A stretch of DNA of 63,057 nt, counting the filler, from Octopus bimaculoides (taxonomy: Eukaryota), in the NCBI RefSeq assembly GCF_001194135.2. It is 5 parts of 5 records of this genome, joined end to end, with 100 filler letters (N's around TTAATTAATTAA, not from the genome) between each part and the next. Parts side by side here need not be neighbours in the genome. Positions count along the whole stretch, not along the records: positions 44,440 to 61,029 come from NC_068983.1; positions 61,130 to 63,057 come from NW_026418014.1; 3 more parts are not named here. One strand, 5' to 3'. Shown piece after piece: positions 49,393-62,412 of this stretch (position 1 is its first letter; each line of letters starts with the position of its first letter). A program made the translations under genes and the position numbers. The notes under the pieces were generated by a model. That model was not told the DNA's origin, made no database searches, and saw nothing but the letters and a program-made list of their open reading frames with translations.

Positions 49393-52300
49393 AGCAACAC
49401 AATAGAGGCTTCATTAAAAAAGCAAAGGATATATCTTGATATTAACGTATGACAAACAAGTTTAAAAGAAATTGACTCGATAGTTGTATAACGGATACCG
49501 ATAAACTTCAAATTATTTAGGATTTAATCCTTCCATATGAATAAATTTAAAGCAATGACGTAATAATAATGCGGTTTAAAATAATAGATTATAAAAAAGT
49601 AAATATTCGACATTAGAGCAGCTAACACTATACAAATTATAAAGACTAATTCAATCTATGCTAAATATAAAGATAGTACGTACTGTGGATTTAATGCATC
49701 AAAATCACTTTGTGGTCAGAGAACATTTTAGAAATCAGAGAAACTATAGTCACTGCCTACAGCAAGTAAGGCACACGTAACTGGTCGCAAAGAAGGTAGG
49801 GCTACAAGAATGTTAAAAGTAAAATAAAATAGTTTCAGAAAAGTATTTATTTGAAAAAAAAAAAAAAAAATGAAATATTTCTTGCATGCAAAATTTTGTA
49901 CTCACTTAATTGATATTTTGAACCGATCTCTGTAGCTTTAAATATGAAGTAAGTTTTCTATAGAGGTAAAAACCAAGACAAACCAGTCCCCGATTTCAGC
50001 TCGACATCTTTGCCTTTGAAGGCCACCTTCCCATCTTTTATGAAAGCACAACCTTTTTATACATGATAACTATATGAAAAGAAAATTCGACCAATCGATG
50101 CACTCTGAAATGTTAATGACTTCTGGAAAATCTGAAACTTGGTAAGGCGCACCACATTCACTTCATATGTGCATTTGTGTGGCTGAGCTTGCAAAAAGTA
50201 ATCGTTGAGTCTGGTAATAGAGGGAATGAAATTTAGATAGTCGGGATTGGTGAATAAGCAGAATGAGAGTGAAACTAATCAGTGGGCAACACGTAAACAG
50301 CCATTATTTCTGTAAGGAGAAAAGTGCTCTCCATTTGATTTTCGTGAAGTGGGATATCAATCTTAATTCATTTTGGCGATATAATTGGTTACAGAATGTG
50401 AGCTCTTGTTAAAAGAAATGTCACAGTAACTATATTCCAGTTATTGGTAAACAAGGTGGAAGGGTAAACAATTATTAGCAATCACTAGGGATATCAGGTG
50501 AAATGTAATTAAGAACACAAAATGATATCAAACTGGAATTACTTGTCAAAATTCTATTGGCAAAGATTTATTACAGTGTAGTTTCAATGGTTTGACATTT
50601 GATAAATATGGTTGAATGCGATCTAGGAAATCTAGGCATTTTAGACTGAATTAAAGGCAGAATACAAATAAATTTATACAGCACAAAGAAAATATATTCA
50701 GATTGGCCAATAGTTTGAACGATTTATGTTTTACCTTTTGACTGGGTAAGTATTTTTGTAAAAGGAAGCGAAATTGGTTACCTTAAGGGAAACATGGGAT
50801 TTTTAAAGAAAGATTGTACTCTTTGGGAATAATGATAAGGCAAGGAAGAAAGATGTAAAGTGAAGTCTAAATAAAGATGGAAGCAGAAGCATTGAATACA
50901 CCCACATATATATAGCGTGTTAGTTAGATGATGGGAAACTTTTTTCTTATATTAATATCTAATGCAGATTGTAGGAGGAAAGTATGTTTTATAAGTAGCA
51001 TATAACGATATTATCCAAAAAGGAAACAAAAAAAAAACAAGGAAACAGTATTGAGAAATATGGAAGAACATCGTATATAAGTAAACTTATGTCCGAGATT
51101 AGTTAGCTTGAATTTCTTAATTCTTAATACTTTCATAACGTAATTCGAGAAGGAGAAACATAGTTTATAATCTAATTTCTAGGTGTTCTATACGTCCTGG
51201 GAATGACTACGCTAAAGGCCATGACATTATATTGATGAATAAAACCATAGCTTGTTCGAAGTCAGAAAGATTATTTGGAAACTAAAGCGTATTATAAATA
51301 ACTAGATATGATACTTAAAACATATGGATAATTTTCTTTGGGTAGCTGAAACATTTTACAATTACTTTACACATAAGAGAGACATTATAACGCATATTCC
51401 TGACGCTTCATCCACGAATTCTGAAAAGGAAGACCGGAAGATTACTCTTACCTATTGGCTGAAATAAACTGATTACTTGTAGTAACTTATATTTCTCTAT
51501 ATTCACAAGCATTAACCAATTTCTCTTTAGCCCAAATGATTTTCCTCTATTAAGTTCCATTTTTTTTTTACTTATTAAAGCGCAATGTTAATTTCTGTTA
51601 TGAAATACGTTTCCAGTCAAAACGTACCGAAAGCGTCATTCATAAATTCTTCCCCTCTGAATTCACTTCCTTTATATAATATAACTTAACATTATTTAAA
51701 TTGCAACAGTGATTGCATTCAAACATCTCTAGATCTGTTTGACAACTACCATCCCGATTCTAGTCACAGGAACTACACTCCATTTTAGGAATATCATTTA
51801 TGATCAGGTTTTCTCAGTTCACGGTGACATTACAATAATTTCACTTGCAATTGAAAATAATTTTATTTAAAATTTTTCTTTTGAAAATGCAATCGGAGAA
51901 CTTCTGTTGCAGATGTTTATACTGAACACCAATTTCGTCATCTTACAAATCCATTCTTATTCTTGGTATGTTGCTTCATTATAAGTTACAATAAGAAACA
52001 ATTCAAATTACATGATGTCATGTAATTTCATAAATGTAAAGTTTGTTCATTTTAACATAGCTGTTTTAGATTATCCCAGAATTCCTAAACATGCAACTGC
52101 ATAAGCATAAAGCGTGTCTGCTGTCACGAATACCTACGATGGAGAGAGAAATATAAAAAGAAGAATTATCATGGAAATTTAAACGAACATATTTTTTAAA
52201 AATTTGAGCTGAGTACGTAAGAAATAAATTCGATTTCTTGAATATAGCACTTTCATTTTAATTCAGTCAAACATAAATCGCACTGAAGTACTGTTTGTAA

Positions 52301-52619
52301 ATCACTTAAGAAGTTTCAATGTATGCTCTAATAAAAATGCATTTAACCTTGCTGTGTAAATATATGTGGTTAAAGCGTAGTTCTGGCTGCTTCGAACGAA
52401 CCATCAATCAGTTAAAAACAATGTGGCTTCTATCTGTTATTTCTATAGGTTTTGCAGAGTGCATATGCCGTTCGTTTAACTACGATATAAAGTAGTATAT
52501 AGTGTTACAATAAGTGATATGAGTAACAGGCAAAGATTTTTGCTCATTTGAATATCAGCACAATATTTCCGGCACATATTAGCAGATAATGATCCTGGAC
52601 TGAAATGACCATTCATTCA

Positions 52620-53330
52620 TAATCCTTTCTACTATAGGCACAAGGCCTGAAATTTGAGGTCGGCGAAGTATGAAAGCAAAGGACCTCGGTGGAATTTGAA
52701 CTCAAAACATGAAGACAAGCAAGATACCGCTAAGCATTTCGCTTGGCGTGCTAAGAATTTTGTCAACTCACCGCCTTCCATCCATTTATTACGCTTATAA
52801 TATAATCATAATTACTTCTGAAATGTCAAATACGTCATTCATTATATAACTACTTCCAGGTTAAGAACTTCAATCACACTATTGTTACTAATATTCAGTC
52901 AGTGAATTGGCAGAATTGCTTTCTCACGGTACAAAATGCTGAGAGGCATTTCGTCCGATTTTACGTTTTGAGTTCAAATTTCGTCGAGGGCGATTTTGTC
53001 ATTCATACTTTCGGGGTCGATAAAATAAGCACAAATTGAACTCTCCGAACGATATAATCGACTCGGTTCCTTCTCCGAAATTGATGGCCTTGTGCCAAAA
53101 TTGGAAACCAATATTAAGGCGGTGAATTGGCAGTCTTGTTATCCCACTGGACAAAATGCTTAAAAGTATTTCGACCATCTTTATGTTCTGAGTTCCGAAG
53201 TTCACTTTGCTTTTCATTGTTTCGGAGTCGATAAACTAAATGCCAGTGACCAACTGGGGTCGATGGAATTTACTAGCTTCTCTCCCTTCAAATTTTAGGT
53301 TTTATGCTTATAGTAGGAAGAATTATCGTT
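52620..53330. repeat. Cluster of family-A SINE fragments (minus copy ~52620-52780, tandem plus copies ~52895-53330)
   Basis: GAGTTCAAAT / ATTTGAACTC boxes and shared tails in both orientations. Confidence 0.7.
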
Positions 53331-54532
53331 ACTTATATTGCAGAAATGATCCAAAAATTGAATTAACTTTCTTCTCTATGAACTCCATTAATTGCTCTCT
53401 TGAATCATGTTCAAGAAATATTTCTCCTACATATACTATAAATTTTAGACATACATTCTTGCTGTCCATATAGTAGAAATTGCACTTTATCGGTGTGCGG
53501 AGCGCGGACGAGTGCAATTCTATAGTTGCAACCTGTCAGATGAGAGATACGCCAAGAATATAAGGGGCTTAGGGGTAAATATTAAATGAGACGTATATAT
53601 AAGTGGTTTGTTATTTCATATAGAGGAATGCTATTTCTAGAATGTTACTGAAGCAAACTCAGAAGATGTCGCTGAACATTTGTATATCTGTGATAAAGTA
53701 GTTTAATGTCGATGAATAATTTCAAGTAAAATTTTATCGATTTCTTATGAAATTTCCTTTACTTAGAAACCTCCGAAAATGTACGTGTAGATGCAGCAAG
53801 AAATGATTTGATTATGAATGATAAATTCCCAAAAGCTCTTGTCCGTATTGTAAATTAAATAAACCAAAGAGCAAAGTCATATCATATTTAGAACTTCATT
53901 ACCCAACGTGTTCTTCGCTTACTTTGTCAAGAAAACCATATTTGGCTATTATTTCTCGACCCAATGCGTATATAAAACTTTAGAAAATGACGTCATATTG
54001 CAGTGTAAATATTTTTACTATAAATATGAATGTAAACATTCATATTAAGGGTACTCCTTAATTTCCGACGATGGGCATTCAGTTATTTTATTAATTGAAC
54101 AACTTCTCAAATTGACATATAAGTGACTGAGCACTTACTTCACAGGCAATTAGGATTATCCCTAATCCAAATCTGTGCAACTAAATGGATATTTGAATTA
54201 CAAGCACAAATAACCGGACATCCAATGAACTCCATGCCTGCAAATTTTCTCTCAAAGTCGACTCAAGTGTATGGTAAAGGACTTTTACGAAAGTTGCTAC
54301 GCTGCAGTTTAAACGTATGAAGCGAAATTTCTAACAAACATGCTGCTTCTAATTCTTAGCTGAGTAGACTGGAGCAATATAATATGAACTCTATTGCACA
54401 AGTAGAAACACCTGCTTCCGATCGACCCCATGATTTTATTGTTATTAATCTAACACCATAACTAGTAGACTATACGCCTTGATTAGAGATATTATATATA
54501 TATTAGAAGGTTTGGAGGTGATGTACAGGAAT

Positions 54533-54649
54533 TATATATTAGAAAGAATAATAAGGTACTCAGATATCTTGATGGTTGTACATTTACAGATTTTTATTAA
54601 TATTTCACATGAGAGAGTGTGTGTATGTTTGTGTGTGTGTGTGTATGTT

Positions 54650-54695
<46 letters not shown>

Positions 54696-54906
54696 CGTGT
54701 ATGTGTGTGTCTATGTATATGAAATGAGTGTCAATGGGAAAGAAAAGGAAAGATGAAAGAAGAAAGAAGAAAATTGTGTCTCTGAAGAAAAATTGAACGT
54801 GGAGATTCTACAAGAATAGATGCAAGCGCTAATTTATAAAAAACGTGAGATATTAATAAAAATCTGTAAATGTACAACCATCCAGATATCTGAGTACCTT
54901 ATTATT

Positions 54907-54920
<14 letters not shown>
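54533..54920. repeat. Inverted repeat with ~77-bp arms around a (GT)n-containing spacer, MITE-like
   Basis: 54533-54609 is the near-exact reverse complement of 54844-54920 (TAATAAGGTACTCAGATATCT(T/G)GATGGTTGTACATTTACAGATTTTTATTAATAT). Confidence 0.85.
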
Positions 54921-54951
<31 letters not shown>

Positions 54952-55609
54952 CCTGTGACATCTGTATTAGGATACATTGTCATGATCGACACTGAACCTT
55001 CGGCGTTGGGATGTGTTTAATCTCTCGTATGCTCAATGAAAATCAAAGCAGAGATTAGAATGAGAGAGAAAGCGAGTGGAGCAGAATGAGAGAAAGCTCG
55101 ATAGAGAGAAAGAATAGCAAAGACAGTGACAGGAACAATACTGAAAGAAAAGAAATCGTGGTTGTAAGAAAGGTACAGAGTAATTGGTGAAAAATTAAAT
55201 TTAGAGAACGACGTAGATTTACCGAGTTATAGATATATTCCTGGTAGTTCGAAAAAATAATTCTCACTCCGGAAGAAATTTCGGACAGGTTCTTTAGAGT
55301 CAATAATATCGTTTTCATTTTGGACATGGAATTTCGTTAACATTGATTACAAGTAGATCTATTTATCGATTTCCATCGATCTGTGTCAAGATTGTGCTAC
55401 AAAATTCAATATCGTTCCTTAATATGACCAAGTTTAATATATCAGAAAACAAATTAGCTCTATTTGCTATTGATCCTTTAGGACAACTTAAAAATATCTA
55501 GCGATGTAGCAAATTCTCAACAGATTACATTCAAGACTTAATGTATATATCGTTTCAGACTTGTACAGATACAAGAGTGTAACGATACATGATTAATATT
55601 GATTTCAAA

Positions 55610-55820
55610 TTTTAGTACAAGGGCAGTAATTTCGGGGAGAGGATAAGTCGATTATATCGATCTCAGTGCTCGACTTGTACCTGTACCTATTTTATCGACC
55701 CTAAATGGATGACAGATAAATTCGACCTCGACGCAACTTGAAGTTCTAATGTAAAGACGGATGAAATGCTACTAAGCATTTTGCCCGGCATGCTAACAAC
55801 TCTGCCAGGTCGGCCTCTTG
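55610..55820 (-). mobile_element. Degenerate family-A SINE
   Basis: GTCGATTATATCGA...TTTATCGACCC...GCTACTAAGCATTTTGCCCGGCATGCTAAC. Confidence 0.75.
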
Positions 55821-56808
55821 TACCCAATTATTATTAATTTAAAGGCCTTCAACTGCAGTTTCACAGTATAAAAAAGCGAATATTAAGAGCAGTTTAAATC
55901 GAATATGCGGTATTATAGATAACTGATCGCCTTTTGAAAATTCAAAACTTTAGTGTCTCATTTACATTGTGCTGTTGAATTGCAGAATGGTTAGGAAATC
56001 GGGCAATATTGCTTGAGATACATCTCCGTGTTTGCACCCCACTGAGATCAACACTCACTTGTATAATTTTAGGGTCGATAAGTAATGGTTCAATAGCATT
56101 GAATTTTCCCATCCCTACAAAATTGAGATCTGTATCTAGAAGAGAAACAATTATTCCATTCGTCTTATAAATATCATTCATAAAATTTGCATCAATTGCC
56201 GTACAAATATATTTCCAGTAAAATGCTCGAACACCCCCCCCACCCAAAAAAAAAACTTCGAATGAACATTTTGAAACTTCTGCACATTTTTAATTTACAA
56301 ATTAAGAGCTTAGAATAATATACTATACTTTATTTTTCTGTGTGTATTCAAACATAATCACTTTCATTGCAACCATGTTTCCATTTATCTTGCTTTAAGG
56401 TTAATTTCAGCTAAATACAAATTTGGTTTGAATGTTTCATGCTTACAATTCAAATTTTGCTCATGGATCCTTTTACGCCACATAATTTTATATACTCTAC
56501 CATGTTGAACATATACTTTCCAATGAAACAGACATATGCAGGAATGCTTTTTTTTTTAAATATAAAAGCATCAATTACATTTTTTTCTAATTTACATTAG
56601 AACGAAACCTGTAAAGCTAAAGGGTTATGTAAATTGGATTTTTCGATCCTTTGTTCGAAGATTTCTGAGCATATTTGAAGTGAACTAAAATAACTTCGCA
56701 TATACATTATATTATACGAGTATATACATACACACATACATACGTACATAAATGCATACACATACACATACGCACACACACATGTATGTATGTGGGTTTG
56801 TGTGCATA

Positions 56809-56859
<51 letters not shown>

Positions 56860-57676
56860 ATACTGAGAGTGCGAAAGAAAGATATGTGAATCTGTATATG
56901 TATGAGAGGGCATGTGTGTACATTTCGCGTGCATGAAACCTTATATGAATGCGGATACAACCGTGCAATAACCGTGTATCTACATCCAACTCTTATATAT
57001 GAACTGAAGCGCTTTTGGTAAAAGCCATACGTGTAAAAGTTAGTATCTTGGAACGCTGGTTCGCATAGCTCAATTTATCGTTTAACGTAGGTGGAAAAAA
57101 AATATATATACAGATATATAAAACAGTTTTCACATAAATAGAAATATACATTGTTGTATTTGGAGATGGTCATGTTGCCAGTTTAGCCAATATACAAATT
57201 ATAATTTAAATTTAGGCAACTAGATATTCATTGCACGCTGCAAATGTTCAATCTTTTGGTGAATCAGACAAAGCAAAAGATTGAAACGTTCAAATAAAGT
57301 AGATTGTTTTGAAACGAATATTTTCCAATAGTATTGCAATTAATCAAAGTTCAAATTTGGTAATATACTATCTGGAGTGATAATAGTGGTTTTCAGCAGA
57401 GAATTGTGATTTCTCGCAGTACGTTTATTATAGACAGATTCTTATCATGTATGAGTATATTATATTAAAGGACGCGGAGGTAGACACACACACACAAGCA
57501 AACACGCGCGCACACACACACATGCACGCACACACGCACGCACCACCCACGTACGTACGTATGTATTATGTATGTATACAGAGATACATTAGAATTGTCG
57601 AGTATCATATTCCAGCCCTGTTTACGATACATTTCTGGCAAGGATCTGGTGAATATACATTTCTTGGTAGTTATAG

Positions 57677-57954
57677 AATGTAAAACGATATGAAAATGGT
57701 AATGGAAAGTTAAATGTTCCGGGAGAGACTGATTTGGTTCTATGGCAAGATGTTATCTTCGACAGAGCTGATATCTGCAAGAACATAGGTTTGTGTACAC
57801 GAGACAACTTAATTTAACTGCAACATACTTTGGCTTATATACAGTAATGAATCTCCCGCCATGTCGAGAAGCGCGAGCGCGCATACACTGGGCAGGCTTA
57901 GAGAAATCTGAACATATGCACGTAATATCCTACCAATTCAGGCTTAAATACTAA
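57677..57954 (+). CDS. Candidate orphan exons 57677..57788 and 57845..57954; product unknown
   Basis: tag|AATGTA...ATAG|gtttgt and cag|TAATG join in frame: NVKRYENGNGKLNVPGETDLVLWQDVIFDRADICKNIVMNLPPCREARARIHWAGLEKSEHMHVISYQFRLKY*. No homology recognised. Confidence 0.22.
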
Positions 57955-58084
57955 CATGGAAATGGGATTTTCTTGTGTCCGTGCATCAAAATGGACATTT
58001 AGAAACTATCATTAGATTTGTAGTATTCAATGATAGTTGATTATATTAAAGATATTTGCAGTTAAATAAATAAATGAATAAATA

Positions 58085-58123
<39 letters not shown>

Positions 58124-58759
58124 GAGTGTGTGTGCGTCTGTGTGTAAATTTTCTGTAGCTAAAATCTGGTAATATGTGGGATCCGTTTGTGTTTACTTGA
58201 CACGTATAGACCGAGTATTTTGCGTAAACATTGATATATGTAGCAGGTTTGGATAGAGCTGGGTGGAGTTTGATAGGATATATTTTGTTAATCTGTAGTA
58301 TTATTGACAGGCATATACTCAACGAATTGACGTGTCTACTTGCTCTCTCGTTAACGATCGATATATAATGTTCTCCCCATTCACTTGTTTCATCTACCAT
58401 TCTTTTTTTCTCGATAATGTCTGTATCTTAACTATCATAACACCATCAATGAACTATTGTGTATCATACCGTCACCAGGAAGGATGCGTTGAATGTGTTT
58501 ATTTTTGTAAATAGATGGTAATGACGGTGTCTATGGAACGCTTGCGTTTAAAAAAACACACACTCTTCTGAGTTTGTCGTACGTTAGCCTGCAGGGTGTT
58601 AAATGACTTCCTTTTGAAATTCTATCTGACGATATAACAAATTGATGGTTTCGAATATGGAATTCTATTCCTGAAATTAAGGAATCTTGTATGGAAACAG
58701 CTGTACGTTCTTAAATAAATTTATAAATAAAAATCAAAATAAGAATATGAATAAGAATG

Positions 58760-58800
<41 letters not shown>

Positions 58801-58891
58801 TTAAAATTGATAATTTAAATTATAATTGAAAAAAAAAATGATTAAAGGAGTAAATATTAATACGTATTATATAAGATTGCAAGAGTATAGT

Positions 58892-59269
58892 GGAGGCGCA
58901 ATGGCTCAGTGGTTAGGGTAGCGGTCTCGCGGTCATAGGATCGCAGTTTCGATTCCCAGACCGGGCATTGTGAGTGTTTATTGAGCGAAAACACCTAAAG
59001 CTCCACGAGGTTCCGGCAGGGGATGGTGGCAAAACCTGCTGTACTCTCACCACAACTTTCTCTTACTTCCTGTTTCTGTTGTGTCTGTAATTCAAAGGGT
59101 CAACCTTGTCACACTGTATCACGCTGAATATCCTCGAGAACTACGTTAAGGGTACACGTGTCTGTGGAGTGCTCAGCCACTTGCACGTCAATTTTACGAG
59201 CAGGCTGTTCGATTGATCGGATCAACTGGAACACTCGTCGTCGTAAGCGACGGAGTGCCAACAACAAGA
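58892..59269 (+). mobile_element. Full-length family-C SINE with TSD
   Basis: GGAGGCGCAATGGCTCAGTGGTTAGGG head, CCAACAACAA tail; GCAAGAGTATA at 58879-58889 and 59270-59280. Confidence 0.92.
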
Positions 59270-59563
59270 GCAAGAGTATAATAGGTATGATTTGTACCAG
59301 GATAACTATTTTCTATATAATTCTTATATAAACATGGGAATGGAGTCAGAATAAAATAATGGGTTAGCCTGAATTGAACTTTACACATACCTTTAACATG
59401 ATATACTAGTTTTATGCTAATGAGAGGATATTGCTAACTATTAAATGAAGTGAGTAAGTGTAATGTCATAGTATATTTTTTCATAATTTGTTCGAATGGC
59501 TGGAGGGTGATTATGTGACTTGTCCTTTTCTATGTTTTCTTTATATTTTTTGGTATGATATAA

Positions 59564-59660
59564 ATATCCTGATGAGGGGAGTGTCTGTTTCTTTTAAAAT
59601 TTAAAATATGAAATATATATCACGTTACCTCGACACGTCTCCGAAACGGCCGATCGATGG
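59564..59660 (+). ncRNA. Type I hammerhead ribozyme motif of the Penelope-associated kind (palindromic stem III)
   Basis: Stem I UAUC(59565-68)/GAUG(59656-59); CUGAUGA 59569-75; stem II GGGGA-GUGUC / GACAC-G-UCUCC; GAAA 59643-46; palindrome CGGCCG 59647-52; AUC triplet 59653-55. Confidence 0.6.
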
Positions 59661-60269
59661 AACTTTTGGATCCTTTAAATATCATCCTGGTATTTGAATA
59701 TGTACTTTTGATGTTTTATCATATCAGACTTTTCGCTATACCTTTGTATTGTAACTTGTAAATTTTTATTTTATATCATATCCTGTGAATTTATAATTCA
59801 CTGTGGGTTATTTCATATCGATTTCTTCATATCTATTTATGTATTTATATATGTGTTATATATTTATATATTTTTGAACGCCAACGTATTTTTATATATA
59901 TTTTTATATGCTTACGTGTTCGTATATCTGTGTATGACTTTATACTTGCATTATTTGGAACGTTTATATTGTTTTATTAATGTGGAAGAATATACACATA
60001 TATATTGAATCTTCTGCTAGAACATTGGTCATGTTCCTTTGGTTTTTCGCTTATTTGCCTCCATTAGAATTATAAAAGAAATTTAGCTCAATTTAGCACT
60101 ACAACTCTAGTCTGTTTGTGAGTATTGTTTATGTTAGCAATCTCTCTATAAAGCTATATATACATATATGTGTGTGTGTGTATATATACACATATGTATA
60201 TATATATGTGTGTGTATGAATATGTATATAGATATATATATCTATATATGTATATATATATATATATAT

Positions 60270-60688
60270 ATATCTTTTACTCTTTTACTTGTTTCAGTCA
60301 TTTGCCTGCGGCCATGCTGGAGCACCGCCTTTAGTCGAGCAAATCGATCCCAGGATTTATTCTTTGGAAGCCTAGTACTTATTCTATCGGTCTCTTTTTG
60401 CCGAACCGCTAAGTGACGGGGACGTAAACACACCAGCATCGATTGTCAAGCGATGATGGGGGGACAAACACAGACACACAACTACACACATACACACACA
60501 CATACATACACATATATACGTATATACGACGATCTTCTTACAGTTTCCGTCTACCAAATCCACTCACAAGGCTTTGGTCGGCCCGAGGCTATAGTAGAAG
60601 ACACTTGCCCAAGGTGCCACGCAGTGGGACTGAACCCGGAACCATGTGGTTGGTAAGCAAGCTACTTACCACAGCCACTCATGCGCCT
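60270..60688 (-). mobile_element. Family-B SINE, full length
   Basis: Near-identical to 18896-19290. Confidence 0.92.
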
Positions 60689-60708
60689 ATATATATATAT
60701 ATATATGA

Positions 60709-60964
60709 CAATTGCACCGTGGAAGGTGTTTATAAACCATTTAAAACACACAAAAACCGTTAGTTTCACTTCAACATTCAAATTTAATTTGGCAAAATAT
60801 TTTCGTCACTTTGAGACCGTGACCTGTTCGCTGACAAAATTCCGTGCTCCTTTTGTCAGTGAAGAAGTCGCGAAAATATTTTGGAAAATTAAATTCATAT
60901 GTTGAAGTGAACGTAACGGTTTTTGTGTGTTTTAAATGGCTTAAAAATACATACGCTGCAATTG
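60709..60964. mobile_element. Fold-back MITE with ~100-bp arms and a central hairpin
   Basis: CAATTGCA...CCATTTAAAACACACAAAAACCGTTA...TTCACTTCAACAT present on both strands; central TGACAAAA/TTTTGTCA. Confidence 0.85.
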
Positions 60965-61029
60965 TTTTCGTTCCAGTACACAATCTCAGATCAGATCATT
61001 TGCTATTCAAGTACATATCTGTAATATAT

Positions 61030-61129
61030 NNNNNNNNNNNNNNNNNNNNNNNNNNNNNNNNNNNNNNNNNNNNTTAATTAATTAANNNNNNNNNNNNNNN
61101 NNNNNNNNNNNNNNNNNNNNNNNNNNNNN
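61030..61129. other. Assembly linker (artefact)
   Basis: N44-TTAATTAATTAA-N44. Confidence 0.95.
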
Positions 61130-62412
61130 TCCATATGTGTATTTTCATACACTGTTTTTAACACTGTTTTTAACAATTTCACCTTAATATGACAATCAGT
61201 ATGTAACACTACAAAGTTCATACAAAGCTTTATACTTTAAATATATTTTATCATCAAAGAATGTATATATGCATTTTAATACTCAGACTGTTTTTTAACA
61301 TTTTTTATTATTCTCAAAGACTTTTGATAATCTTTTTCTAAAAAAGTGAAACTGGTTAAGTAAATAAATATTTTTTAAAAATAAGTGCATTTTCAAACTT
61401 TCTTTCATATATATTTCCACTCGTACGGTATTCCACAACTTTACTTTATTATATATATATATATATATATATAATTTTTGTTTTTGGTTTGCATAATTCT
61501 TTATGTAAATTCGTGTACTGAAGCATATTTTATTGTGTCTGGAGAGAGTCACTCTGCTTTAATGCCTAATTTAATTAACACACTCATCAGTTCGATTTCC
61601 ACTCATTTATTTTTTCTAAAAGATTTTTCATTGCTTCTTGCAACCTCTTCAGTGGTCGTTAACTCTGTCCGTTATGAGAGCTGTGTTCTTTTTGTCTGTT
61701 TGCGTGCATGTATTTGCATTAGTATGCATGTGTATGCACATATGTATGTATGTATGTATGTATGTATGTGTGTGTGCATATGTATGTATGTATGTGTGTG
61801 TATGTATGTATGCATGTTCATGTATGTATGCATGTTCATGTGTTTGTGTGTTCATGTTTATGTGTGTGTGTGTACCTCTGTCTCCTTGTGTGTACATGTT
61901 TGAGTGTGTCTGTGTGTTTGGGTTTGTGTGACTATGTGTGTCTGCTATGTATAAAAAGATGAGAGGCAAAGTTGACCTCCAGGAATTCAAACTCAAAACC
62001 TAACGGTGGATGAAATACTGCTAAGCATTTTGCCTGGCGTGCTAATGATTCTGCTAGCTCACTACCTTAATATAATATAATAATCTGATATAATAAATGT
62101 GAATGTCAGTGTGTCACACTGTTTCAACTTTACTCCTAGAGGCCGTAGCCCAACATCATACCATTTTGGAATCAGGCTGACTCTGTGAGTAAATTAAAAA
62201 CATTCCAGGCTGAATCTTGACCCACCATCCTGAAATTTTGGATTCCCAAGTTTTTGTTACTGTAATTGTTTACGGTGATTTTTTTACGTGACTTTTTGCG
62301 ACAACATTGGGATATGATTCTGGGGGAAGCAATTGCAACAAATTCTCCAAAACAAGTCTGAGATCTGTTTGCAGATCTTTCCATTCGGGATCAGTTGCTT
62401 AAAAGTTATATA

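Noticed and set aside
49940-50280. Minus-strand 73-codon open frame followed by KGCAFIKDGKVAFKGKDVELKSGTG
   Set aside because: Looks protein-like, but has no consistent splice structure or motif, and such lengths occur by chance.
54135-54233. Minus exon with an in-frame TAG rescued by A-to-I editing (ISI*LHRFGLGIILIACE|gtaagt)
   Set aside because: No homology and no local dsRNA partner seen; pure speculation.
57828-57885. YY1/NRF1-like promoter with minus-strand first exon MAGDSLLYISQ
   Set aside because: Motifs are short, conflict with the plus-strand exon reading of the same bases, and there is no CpG island.
58892-58970. tRNA genes (here and at other SINE heads)
   Set aside because: The tRNA-like parts lack a complete acceptor stem and continue into SINE bodies with TSDs.
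61478-61996. CV/HT/YI-rich ORFs here and at 6054, 7499, 16060, 36390, 44086, 56597 and 60168
   Set aside because: Translations of di-, tri- and tetranucleotide microsatellites.
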